Below are positions 37,242 through 50,552 of a stretch of 64,000 bases of DNA, piece after piece (within the stretch, counting starts at the first letter, position 1; every line of letters begins with the position of its first letter). Below the pieces are notes generated by a model. It was given only the letters and a program-made list of their open reading frames with translations. It was not told the origin of the DNA and did not search any database. The position numbers and the translations under genes were made by a program. The stretch is taken from positions 62,001 to 126,000 of the forward strand of contig JAMDHS010000047.1 of assembly GCA_029717555.1 (NCBI GenBank), written 5' to 3'. This DNA is from Peribolospora baueri (lineage: Eukaryota).

Positions 37242-37621
37242 AACTGGTCTATCCGGACCGAGACCGGGACCGGTCGAATATGTATATCTCTGCCCCAGAG
37301 TCGGGAGGTTTCGTTGACCAATCCGTCCAGCATATCATCTCGCTTTGATCATTTTTTTTTCGTCTCTCTCTTCCTTTCTCTCTGTGTTTTCACGTTGGTG
37401 TCGGATGGACGTACATCCCATTGTATCATCTATGTTTCTGTAACGCGCCCCCGCCTTCGCTGGACGATCTGTTCTTCGGACCGCACCGACCGACCGAACG
37501 AGAAGAGAGGGACACCGCCATCGCTCTCTGTCTAACGAAACGAAACGAAGCGAAAGCGAGAAAAAAAAACGAAAAACGAGAAACGAAAGCCGCTCATACG
37601 TCGCCCGACGCAACGGTTTTT

Positions 37622-39381
<1,760 letters not shown>

Positions 39382-39555
39382 CGAGGGCGTGTGGAGGCGA
39401 CAAGGATGAGATGAGGAGGAGTAGGAGGAGGACGACGACGACGGCGACGAGGAGATAAGGCCAAGCTCGTGACGAGACTAACTACCCCGCACGGCCATCC
39501 ACTCGTCTTCCATCCGGCATCGGTGATCTCGTTAGCCGGGCCGACGACGCGACGG

Positions 39556-39810
39556 GAACACATCTCCCTCAACTAATCCTGCAATGTAATGCGGAGATAT
39601 AGATTTTAGAGATGGGATCATCGCTTTCTAATGTAGTGTTTAATAGTCATTCATACATTATATTTATTACATATATAATGTCATAATATATTGTTATTTG
39701 GTCGATATGGAAAATTCCCATATATTGAAGCTCTTGGATTAGATACTACTCCACTTAATGTTTTTGTAGAACTTGACAAAGTGGAAAATCTTTAAGGTGG
39801 AATATAATTT
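39556..39810 (-). pseudogene. AT-rich degenerate LAGLIDADG homing-endonuclease fragment, probable nuclear mitochondrial insertion (NUMT)
   Basis: Abrupt AT-rich block in GC-rich flanks. Minus strand reads IIFHLKDFPLCQVLQKH near 39808-39758 and, after stops/frameshifts, KSISPHYIAGLVEGD (SPHYIAGLVEGD at 39597-39562), a LAGLIDADG-like helix motif with A/T-ending codons. Confidence 0.72.
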
Positions 39811-40047
39811 GAACAGCCAGCGTCCGAACGTCTGTCTGTCTTGTCTGTCTTGGCTCGCGTCGCTGGCCCACGTCCACTCGTCCTCATCGGGCAAGGACGA
39901 AGGAAGGAAGGGCGACAGGACAGGATGACGTCATCCTCCCTCTCCTGTAACCTTGCCCAGTCCCCGTCTCCCTGCGCGCCGGCATGACCCGAATAGCTAT
40001 GGACGGCTACCTGGAGCATCTCTCTCATTTCTCATCCATCACTTTTC

Positions 40048-40091
40048 CATCTCTGTGACAACTGTGCCTCATCTCTGTGACAACTGTGCCT
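40048..40091. repeat. Perfect 22-bp tandem duplication
   Basis: CATCTCTGTGACAACTGTGCCT at 40048-40069 and 40070-40091. Confidence 0.95.
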
Positions 40092-40934
40092 CCGATGATG
40101 CTCTCTCTGCATGCACGTGTAGTCGAGTAAACTACAGCGGCCATCCAAGTGACCGCCCAGGAGCGCCAAAAAGGCGCCCTCGCGAAGACTGACCGACTGA
40201 CTGACTGATCGAAGGCCCAACCGGGGACGTCCGGTCGTCGCTGCGGCCAACGGACGGACGGACGAGGCCTCGCCGATCGGCACGCGTACCGCGAACGGGC
40301 ATCGAGATGTACGCCGACGGGTCGCTCCGCTTGGTCCGATGTGGTGCTCGCGCTAGCTGCTCACAGCTTACGGTAGCATACTCAGCCAGTCAGTCAGTCC
40401 AGCCGCAATCCAATACGCTCATGTTGTCGCCCGCCGACTCAAACTCCTGCTTGTTTGATGAACGCCCAATCGGCCTGCAGCGGAAGCTTTCCGAGTTTGA
40501 AAAACTAGCGAGAACGAGCGAGAGCGAGCAAGCCCCGTTCTCCCTCCATTCTTCCGGTCTGTCCCACGGGCCCCCAAGGTCCAGGCCAGTGCAACGTACG
40601 ACAGTTCACACACAAAAGGTCTAAAAGAGCGTAAGTTTCCGGAAGGGGTTTAAAAGACGATAAAGGAAAAAAAAGAGGCAAGGAAAAGGGCGGAAAGGGG
40701 GTCAAGCGTTCTGTCTGAGATGAGGCAGGGTGGCAGGGAAGCTCGTCAGGGCAGAGGCCGGCAGAGGCCGGCAGAGGCCCATACAGGTGTCTACATGACA
40801 TGGGACGACGACTGAACGCAGTCGGCCGGAAGGGGCACGGTCAGCCACGAGCGCCAGGACGCCTTTGAGGCACCACTATCGGTCACACAAGAAACGGTGG
40901 GACGCGTGGAGAGGAAAAGTCGGTCGAACGACGC

Positions 40935-41864
40935 TTAGGCCATGAAGGCAGCGGCGGCGACACCGATGACGGCGGCGAGAGAGGCAGCGGCCTGGAGGCC
41001 GACGGCGCCGTTGGACTTGCTGCTCGACGAGGAGCTCGAGGTGGGGGACGAGGCGGCCGCACCGGATTGGGTGGCAGAGGCGCCACCGGTGGCGGCGTCG
41101 GTGCTTTGGCTGCCAGAGGCCGCGCTGGTCGCAGGCGAGCTGCTAAGGAGAGTAATGAATGCAGATACAGGGTGGAAAAGGTAAGGGTGACGAGTCTACA
41201 AGTCCACGCGCTGTGTTGGCCCGTGTGCTCACCCGGCAGAGGAAGCGGCCGGGGCAGGAGCAGCGGAGTTGTTGTTGGCGGAGCCCGAGTTCTTGCACTT
41301 GGAGGCGTCACCCTGAACGGTGATGGGGCTCGAGTACTGGATCTGACCGGTGCCGTCGGTGACCTTGATGGTGATGGAGCCCGTCTGGTCGACGGTCCAG
41401 GTGTAGGACGTGGCCTGAGAGTTGGTCAGGAGCGTCTCGAGGGGAGCGGCACCGCTCTGACCACCGGGAAGGATGGCCAAGAAGTAGGGAGCCTGACCGC
41501 CGGCCCAGCTGAGGGCAGCGGGCTGGCCTGGAGAGGGAGAGGAGGAGAAGGAGGAAGAATGATGGACCCATCAGAGCGCGCTACGACGAGAAGTGGTCGA
41601 TGGTGGTCACGAGAGACGCGACAGGTGGAGCGGTGCAGAACGACGACGACGACGACGACAACAACAACAACAAAAGACGACAACGACGGGCGCGCACGGG
41701 GTCGACGATGTCTACCAACGCGTGCGGAAACGCGGGCGACGAATGAGCCGGAGTGGATACTCACAAGCAACGAGAGCCGGGGGAGTGGTGACGGTGAAGC
41801 TCTGGGCGGCGGCGCGGCCGGCGAGGGCGATGGCGGCGGCGGTGACAGCGACGGAGGTCTTCAT
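40935..41864 (-). CDS. Small secreted Ser/Ala/Thr-rich, probably GPI-anchored cell-wall protein; 3 exons
   Basis: Signal peptide MKTSVAVTAAAIALAGRAAA; FTVTTPPALVA|CQPAALSWAGGQAPYFLAILPGG...YTWTVD...ITIKVTDGTGQIQYSSPITVQ..C; Ser/Ala-rich stalk; omega-site-like SNGA then hydrophobic tail ASLAAVIGVAAAAFMA-TAA. Confidence 0.85.
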
Positions 41865-43682
41865 TGCGAAAGATTGGAGTTTTGTGGTTTTGTGTGTAGT
41901 GTTAAAGGAAGGGAGGGATGCCGAAGGGGCGAGAGAGAGGAGAGAAATAAAGAGACGGGAGCAAGAAAAGAGATATGGTGGTGGTTCGGGGGAGAGAGAC
42001 GACGAGGGCGAGGGGGAAGGGGAAGGGCGCGATGGGAGGGAGGGAAGGAGGCAAGCGGAACAACCAGCCGGGGCTGGCCAAGCCGATGCGAGCAGAGAGG
42101 GCGGAAGGGGACGCGGCCGCGCGCCCGCTGCCGCAGTCGTTAGTCCAGCGCCGCGTTGCTTAGGAGCGCCTTATTGCCTCCCGCTAATGTGCTTGGGCCG
42201 TGCCGCAGCCGCACGCCGTGGATCTCGACTCGGCCGCCGCTGCTGCGGGTAACCCTAACCTGACACATAACTGACGACGTCAAGCCCATCTTCCTCCGCC
42301 AGTCTCCCTCGCCGGCGTGACGATCGCTGCAGAAATAAATAACTCAGCGCTGGCCTGCGACAAAATGAGACATGCAAAGCACGGACGTTGATAAACGACT
42401 TGGCCCGTTCGACGACGAACCGACACCGCCGTCCACATAACTAACCAGCCCTGCTGGCACGCGCCCCTCTCGCGGTCTTGGCTGGCTGACCGACCGGGTT
42501 GACAGGCGGCACGGGACTGAATCCACTTGGATCCAACTTGGATCGTCGGACTAGCGACGGAAGATAGTTGGTTCGATAACTACAATTACCTAACTCGATA
42601 GGCTCGGCACGGCCGATGGTGACGTCCAATTCGTTTTCCATTTTCGTATTTGCACATAAACACAGCGTGCCCGAGCCCGCGTAACGCTCGCACTAAGCGT
42701 CTCCGGCGACGCCTCTCTTCTCGACTTGCCCCGCGAAAGCGGCACGGATTCTCGGTCTCCGTCACACGTGCTTACGCTAGGCAGAAGATGGCACAAGGGC
42801 CGCTCAACTCGCCAGACCAGACCACTGTCGATCATTTCACGGCAGACGATGGGCGGCGGCGGCCGGAGCTCAACTGCGTAGATAGATTGGTGTACGAACT
42901 CGGAAAACGTACGCGTGATCGTCGACAGAGCTGAGCCCGCTGCGAACAGCATCGCTTCCCTAAAGTACCTGACATCTCTCCCAGGAGAGATGAACAGCCA
43001 GACAGCGGCACGCGGCACGTCCTCCTTAACGGCTTCTCCCCCACTTCTCTCCCCTCCGCTGCTTTGGCCTTTGAAATAGCCCACCAACATCTTTCTTCAC
43101 CACGGCCTCCGCTTGTCCATCTCCATCTCCATCTCCGGCGCCGACGACGTACGCGAACCGAATCTCACGTCATCATACTGGCCTTCACGCTCGCCTGGCA
43201 TTCTCCTCTCCTTTTCGAAAGCAGTGGCGGCCCCTCAATTTTTTTTTTTTTTTTCCATCTCATGAAGACGTTCTACGGAAGAATGGGAGAACTCGCCTCC
43301 CCTCCGCCTTCCCTGCCTTTTCAAAACTCAAAGAAATGGACCACACCACAGGAAAGACGGCGATCGGGGGAGAAGACCGACGTCCCCTGCATCATTCCAT
43401 TTTGCTCCGTCGTTGATCAAACGAGGAAGGTGCTGTTTTGAGAGGTGCGATGCCGGGAAAAGGCGCCGGTTCTGGTTCATTGAAGAGTCTGTATGCTGCA
43501 TGGGCGCACAAGCCCAGAGACGACGAAGCCAGACGGGCTCGCGCGTCTTGACGCGACTCGAATGGTGGCCGCAGCGGCGCGCTAATGGAACCCGCTCGTC
43601 CCCTTCCGCACGTCGTCTTTCCAACCTTTCGTTCACCTATTCGGTCCAGTCGGTATCGAGCTGCCGCCCGCGCCAGTTGTTC

Positions 43683-46295
43683 ATGCCCAATCCCGGCGCC
43701 AAGCGCAAGGCGCGGTCACCGACGTCTTCGCAAACACGTCTGCATCTTTTGCAAGCGCCCTCATCCGCCTCCGTCGTCCTCCCCCCCTCTCGCACGCGAC
43801 CTCACCCGCGCTTGTACCACTCCCCCCTTCTCCTCGAGGATTTCCAGGCGAAGGGGCGGCTGCTGGAATGGTTTGAAGAGGTCAGGGAGAAGAGGGGCAT
43901 GCCTTGGAGGAAGAAGTGGGAGGATAGAGACGAGGCGGCGTTGGCACAGAGAGCTTACGAGGTGCGTGATTCTTGGAGGCATCGCCTTTGCTTCATGCGG
44001 CCCGCTTATCACCTCCTTCCTGACTTCTTTCTTCCCCTATACCCCGCGCTTTCGTGGGACGGGCAGGTATGGGTGTCTGAGATTATGCTCCAGCAGACCA
44101 GGGTGGAGACGGTGATCGACTACTACAACCGTTGGATGACGGCTTTCCCCACAATGAACGACCTCGCCCAGGCCGATCCCGAGGTGCGTACATCCTCTCT
44201 TCGGTGCAGGTGTCCACATACGGGAACAACCATAATGCAGACAACGGTCGTTTTACCTTCTCCCGCCCTTTATTCCCTTTTGTGGCCCAGTCTGTGCTCT
44301 CACACTGGCGAGGGCTAGGTTACTACTCCCGAGCGACGAGGCTCCATGCGTCGGCCAAGCGGGTGGTCGAGGAGAGACACGGGAAGCTTCCGATGGAACC
44401 TATAGAGCTGGAGAAGGGCGTGGGCGGAGTGGGAAGGTACACGGCTGGTGAGCTTCGCCACCCCGTTCGGCGCTCAGAGTCAAATGCGGCTCTGTGAAAT
44501 GGCGCGTGGCGGTTTCCACGTTGACGCCCGCCTCTTCTCCTTCCTCCCCACATGCATTCTTTGCGTCCGCCGTGGCATAATACCAAGGCGCCATCTGTTC
44601 CATCGCGTATGACGTGCCGACGCCAATCGTGGGTGCGCTTCGACCGTCCGACGAGGCGCGCATTCTCTCTAACACGCACTTCCCTCTTCGGCTCGCGTGC
44701 GCTCCAGCTCGACGGAAACATTCAGCGCGTCCTCTCCCGCCAAATAGCCTTGTACTCCTTGCCAAAGTCAAAGGCCACCATCGATCTCCTGTGGGACGTC
44801 GCCGATCAGTTGGTGAAGAGCGTTTCGGGCACTGGCGTGTCGACTGCAGACGGACAGGCGGTGCACGCGGGGGGCGCTGATAAGAGGGCTGTACACGAAA
44901 AGGCAACTAGAGGTCGAAGGGGAGATTGGAACCAGGCTTTGATGGAGCTAGGCAGGTGAGTGGGCACAATCGAGTCTCCTTGGAACCGCCGTCCGCGGCT
45001 CACTCGTCCCTCCCGTCTGAAACCGGACAGCACGCTATGCACTCCCCAGAAGCCATCGTGTGACACCTGTCCGATAGCTGACACTTGCAGGGCGTACTTG
45101 GAGGTGAGATGGAGACCCCTCACCCTTCCTCACAGGATCGCACCTCGCTCATCCCGTCCGTCCGTACCCTTCAGGCCACTGCTCTAGCCGACCAAACGCT
45201 CTCTGACTCGTCGACCCCAGTTTCGGCAAGATCGAGCCCATCCGACGGGTCCGTGAGCGACATCGAGGACTTGTGTTCTCTCTGCGAGCCGTTCCCTTTC
45301 ACACCTTCACCGACCGAGCCTTCGCCGAATGACAAGACTCTCAAGAAAAGGCGCGTCGATTCGATGAACAAAATCAAAGAAGCGGTCGCACCGGCTGGAT
45401 CAGGAAAGCAGACGACCTTGCTCAGCTTCCGGTTCTCCTCCTCCTCAGCCGGAGCGTCAGCCGCGACGGCGAAGGATGCAAAGGCCGCTGAGGCGTCCGC
45501 CCGCGCGCGATCCGCTCTGATAGCGACACATGTGACCAAGTATCCGATGCGAGTGGAGAAGAAGAAGCAGCGCGAGGAAGAAGGGAACGTGTGCTGCGTG
45601 GAGTGGATCGGGGAGGGGGACGGTCGGAGTAGGTACTTGCTCGTTCAGCGACCTCCTTCCGGTGAGTATGCGAGCCCTCGCCAAACGATGTCTTTTCGCC
45701 GCGCTGTCGGTCGTGCTCAAAAAGTGTCTCGTTTCGCTCTCTAGGCCTGCTCGCGAGTCTGTTCGAGTTTCCTACCGCGCCCCTCTCCACGGCAACATCC
45801 GCAAGCCCAGCTTCGCGGTCTGCGGCTTCGCTGGCACAGTTGACGAAGCTGTTCGATCGGGCGGTCGTGGACGTCGACGGACGCGGTGAAGGTCTGTCTC
45901 TGCTCAGCCGCCGTCGACTCGGCAGCCTCGTGCACGTCTTTAGCCACATCCGAATGACATATCATTTGGAGCATGTCACTCTGAGCAGCGCCAGCGCCGG
46001 AGGTCGGCCTCCTGACGTTGTCGGACAGGCCTCGGACGGAGAGGCGTTGTCGGACGACTCGGCCGACGAGCCGTCGTCTCCAGAACCCGTCAAGAAGCCG
46101 AATCGCGGAGGGAAGCGGGGGCGAGCGTCGGCAAGTGTCCCGACGTCCGCCCCGTCGACGGCTTGGCGCTGGGCCACGGCCGCCGAGGTGGACGAGGCGA
46201 ACATGGGCACGGGCTTGCGTCGCTGTTGGGAGCTGGTCAAGGCGAGCAAGGGGAGGGATGTGAGTGGGCGGGCGTCCAACGGGGTGAAGCGATAG
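43683..46295 (+). CDS. mutY: A/G-specific adenine DNA glycosylase (MutY/MUTYH); multi-exon
   Basis: [36 protein letters not shown], HhH motif [30 protein letters not shown], [4Fe-4S] motif [31 protein letters not shown]-like [17 protein letters not shown] and [10 protein letters not shown]. Stop TAG ends at 46295. Confidence 0.95.
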
Positions 46296-46393
46296 CATCT
46301 GTTGTTGCCCTTTGGCTTCATTTCTAGCGCGTTCGACGCACACATAGAGCTGTAGGATGGAGAAGAAGGGCGACATGGATGAACACACGCCGT

Positions 46394-47571
46394 AGCGCAC
46401 CCACACAAAAGAGCACGAATTTAGAGGTACAGGCCGCAGGACAACCTGGTCCGTGCACATCACTACGACCCATCCTTCATCTCACATTAAGTCCCATCTC
46501 AACATCTTCATCTCAATCTCTTCATTTCAACCACTTTTTCTCAACCTCTTTAACTCAATCTTTTTTTTATCTCAGCTACTACGTCTCAAACCCTTTGCAT
46601 CAGTCCATTTTTAAACCTTTTTGTTGAATCCTCTTTGTTTTAGCCGCTTTGGAATTCAAGGCCTTCCTCATGAAGTGCATTCACAAGCCTCACCATTGCC
46701 GGCGTATTTTTTTTTTTTTACATTAATGATTATTTTTTTGGCTAGAGATTGGGATCATAAAAAAGCTGTTCTTCCGTGACCAGGTGGAAGATGCAGCGCT
46801 CTTCTCTTTCTCCGTCTTCTCCATCAATTCCAAGCCTGCTTTGATGGAGTCAAACACAACCCCTCCCACAAAGCGTTCGTCTTGGTTGTCTGCTTGTGCT
46901 GCCAGCCAAAGCGCGAAGTCCCTCACTTTCTGTGCCCTTTTCCTTGCCTCTTGCCTTGCCTCCTCCTCTTCCTCTCCTTTGACATCGTTCTCAAGGTCTG
47001 TGGCATCATTAATGGAGCCATTGTCTGCTGAGGATGTCGTGCAGTCGTCATAAGTGTGTTCATGATGGTGGTGTCGGAAGGTGAGAATGGCATGATTTTG
47101 CTGTTCATTGATGCTAATGAGAAGGCCGCCGAAGCACTTTTCGAAGCGCTGCTTCTGGGTGGAGTAGCGCCGGCGAATGCTGTCAGGTATTGACTCTTTC
47201 CGGAATTTGATATACCAAGGTTGCAAGAGGTATAAGGCTTCCCACTGCTCTTAAGAGCGAACAGTTTTGCTGGTTGGAGAGTTGAGACATGACTATGGGA
47301 AGACGGGGGGGGATGGGAGACGAGACGAACGAGCTGTGGGATTGATCGCTGTGACGGCGGCGACGGCGGCGACTGTCAGCAGGGTGGAGCAGGATGGTAG
47401 GGACTGTCTTGGTTATTCCCCTCAGAGGGGATGAGGTATGCAGCCTCGGACCGTGTGAACAATGGGAATACATCCGGCGCCCCAATTTCCATCAGTGATG
47501 ATGGCGGCGACGAGCACCTGCCGCAGCAGACACGTTAACCCTAAATTCGTGCTCTTTTGTGTGGGTGCGCT
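46394..47571 (-). mobile_element. Non-autonomous DNA transposon (1178 bp) with perfect 31-bp terminal inverted repeats; internal ORF resembles an internally deleted Mutator-like transposase
   Basis: AGCGCACCCACACAAAAGAGCACGAATTTAG (46394-46424) is the exact reverse complement of 47541-47571. Interior is more AT-rich than the flanks and holds ORF 47226-46723. TIRs are certain; the MULE assignment is recalled resemblance only and no clean TSD is visible. Confidence 0.8.
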
Positions 47572-47638
47572 GAAGATCCCACCATGAACAAAGGTCGGGC
47601 AGATTCTGCCGAGGCCACGTGGCTCATCGATCGTCGCT

Positions 47639-47651
47639 GGTTAGGGTTACC
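47639..47651 (+). promoter_or_regulatory. Telomere-repeat-like motif GGTTAGGGTTACC upstream of AHA1
   Basis: The same 13-mer occurs as its reverse complement at 42248-42260; shorter TAACCCTAA copies at 595-603 and 47536-47544. All lie outside called CDSs. Regulatory role is inferred. Confidence 0.4.
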
Positions 47652-47755
47652 TGGAATCTGCGAGAAGAAGCAACCCCCACGTTATATGAAAGAAGCCCGG
47701 GAATGCCGTTGAAAGGAAGACGCTCCCTTATCGCCTCGACCGCATCCTCACCGAG

Positions 47756-49507
47756 ATGAGCAACTGGAACAAGACGTACCACTGGAAGACGAAGGAGTGT
47801 ACGCCTTGGGCTCGCAAATACGTGAGTTATCTCGCTCCAACGTCGTCGTCGATCATTCTCGAGCGGACCGCCCACACTGGGCTGATCGAGCTCGCCTTTG
47901 CTACCGGGTGTCGTCCACCTGGCCTGCGGCCTCTCATCAGTTCGAGGACGGGCTCGTGGGCGAGAGCTCGAAAGGCGATGACGGCTCCGAGGTCAAGGTG
48001 GATCGTTTGGAGGACTTTGAGGGCGACGTTGAGCTTGGCCAGCGCAAGGGCAAGTGGGTGCCGATTGGCAGGCATGCTCTCGGCCGCTCCGTGTCCTTTC
48101 GGCTCCCGTCCTCGCCTCAGTGAGACTCACGCAAGGTTCGGAATTTTGTGCCTCTTCGTCGTCCGCTCACAGGTTGATCACCATCTATGACACCAAGCTC
48201 ACGCTCGACTGGTCCGGTGAGCGACGTCGGCGCTCCTTCCGTCACGGACTGATGTCTCACACAGCTGGCTCTCCCTTCGGTCGTTTCTCTCAGGCACCAC
48301 TAAGGACGGCGAGACGGGAGCGGGCAAGATCGAATACCCAGAGGTGTCGCACGAGGTGGATGACGCTGGCGATGAGCACAAGGTGAGCCGACGGCCTTGG
48401 CGCCTGTCCGCCCGCCCTTCCGTCCGTCCGCTCGCGCCTCACGCCCTCACTCACACACGCCCACCCGCTCGGCCGTGTCAGTTCGAAGTCACACAATCGT
48501 CCGGTCCGTCGGCATTGGCCGATCTGGTCCGCACCCAGCTCGCGCCCTCCCTGGCACCCACGTTCCGCTCTTTCCGGCCAACGCTCATCGAGACGCACGG
48601 CAAGGACTTTGGAGGGCTCGAATCGCCTTCGACCTCTGGTGCGGCGACCCCTTCTGGCGCTTCTACGCCTTCCGCCAAGGCGGCATACAAGCCCGCTCCC
48701 CCAGGCGGACACGTGGCGGCGCCGGTGACGGCCAAGGAGACGGTCAGCGTGTCTTCGGCGCCGGTCAAGGTCCGGGAGCAGTTTGCGACGAGCGCGGAAG
48801 ACTTGTTCTCCATCTTGACCGATCCAGGCAAGATCCCAATGTGGAGCCGAGCGCCGGCGCAGGTCAGTGCATCGCTTCGATCTTGTCCACTCACTGATGA
48901 TCGTTCCTATACGCGTGTAACTGACGTTTGCCCTTTCGCGCGTCGAACGTGGCATGTACGCCCATGCGTCTAGTTCTCCCTCAACCCGGGCTCGGAATTC
49001 TCCCTCTTCGCTGGCGGCGTGACGGGCTTTGTGGACGCGGTGGAGCGGCCGAGCAAGCTGGTGCAGAGGTGGCGCGCGGCGACGTGGCCCAAAGGTGAGG
49101 ACGCTGTCTCCTTCGCGCTGGGCGTTTTTTTTTCTCATCTCGCCGATTTTGTGGCCCCCCTCTCCCCCCCCTTCTTCTCCTCCCTCTCTTGTGCGACGGC
49201 GTCTCGCTGACAGGACATCACGGCACAATGACCATCACGCTGGAGCAAGGATCCGACGCGACGACCGCGACGTTCTCTCTCTCCGGCGTGCCCGTGGGCA
49301 TGGAGGACACGACGGAGGCCGGCTTGGAGGGCTACTATGTCCGCGGGCTCAAATCCATAGGGTGAGCGAAGGCGGGCGACGGCTTCTTCCTCGATGCGAC
49401 TGTCAGCGTCGTCGTCGGCGGGGAAGAGCGCACGGAGCTGACCCACGGATCGCTTGTCTTGCCCTCCTCCCCCCTCCTTTTGCGCCAGGCTGGGTACGAT
49501 GCTGTAA
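47756..49507 (+). CDS. AHA1: Activator of Hsp90 ATPase (Aha1); about 8 exons
   Basis: MSNWNKTYHWKTKECTPWA, EGDVELGQRKGK|LITIYD, IEYPEVSHE, C-terminal AHSA1 domain IPMWSRAPAQ|FSLNPGSEFSLFAGGVTG...KLVQRWRAATWP...YYVRGLKSIG|LGTML-TAA. Confidence 0.92.
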
Positions 49508-49755
49508 TTACACCACGTCATACGATAGAAGGCGCTTTTGTTGGAGCGAAAAGCAAGACGAGCTAATCGACGCGAAGAGTCGTGTGGGGAGCCACTTGAG
49601 GAGACGAAGAAGAATGAGAGCTCTATCCGTGTCCATCTGTCCATCTACTTCCCAGGGAGACTGGCTTGTACGGACGCGAGCCTTTTCGCATCGCACATGA
49701 TTGTCCTGTACCGTGTACATACATGCACACACGTCACGTCGGTCTCTCGGAGTCC

Positions 49756-49795
49756 CTGACTGACTGACTGACTGACTGACTGTCTGTCTGTCTGT
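49756..49795. repeat. Compound (CTGA)n(CTGT)n microsatellite
   Basis: Visible directly downstream of AHA1. Confidence 0.9.
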
Positions 49796-50552
49796 TTGTC
49801 TGTTGCTGGCTGTTCGTTCGTTACATCCGCCATTTGTCGGCGCGGCTGGCACTTGGATGGGGGGTGGGGGGTCGCGTCGGTTGATCGACCGGAGCGACGT
49901 CTGAGGACATCTATTATGGCTATCCATCATCCATCATCCGGCCTGGGCCTGTGCCTGTGCCTGAGCCTGAGCCTAGCTCGGCCGGCCGTACGAGGGTCGC
50001 CCAGTCTTTGTCGCAGCTCGTGGCCGTCGCGCCTCTTTCAGGCGCACCTACGTCCGTCGGCTGACCGGACCGGGAGCCGGCGCTGCCGAGCTGGCGTTCG
50101 CCCCTCATTCTCTTCCGTCCGGGCCCCCGCATCGCTCGTCTTCGCTATTCGGTCCGCATCAGCGTTGGTTTCAGCGAGGCTGGTCAGCCCTGGTCAGGTC
50201 AGGCCTGGTCTGGTCAGCGCCGTGGAGGACGGCTTGGTCGTGCGAGCATAAAACGCAGGCAGGGCGCAGTAGCGTCGACGGCGCGCAGAGCAGGGACAAG
50301 CACAAACACGCGCGGCCGCGACAGCGACAGATACAGACAGACAACGAACGAACGAACAGACGAACGGACGAACGAACACGCAGTCAGTCGTCAGTCGTTC
50401 CGTCGACGACCGCCAACCGCCCATCGGATTTATAAGGACCGTCTCCACCGCCTTTCTCGCTCGCTTCCTTCTCCGCCCGCCGACCAGACCACCCAGGCCA
50501 CCGGTGCCCGCCTTGTCCTCCTCCCCCTCCGCCCCCCTCGCCCCTTTTCGCC

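Noticed and set aside
42441..42641. NYLPSLVRRSKLDPSG resembles the RSKLDP motif after copia integrase
   Set aside because: The match is only about six residues with no flanking integrase or RT motifs.
46379..47590. ATGAACA on both sides of the TIR element as a possible target-site duplication
   Set aside because: The copies are 8 and 12 nt away from the TIR ends rather than flush, so they do not qualify as a TSD.
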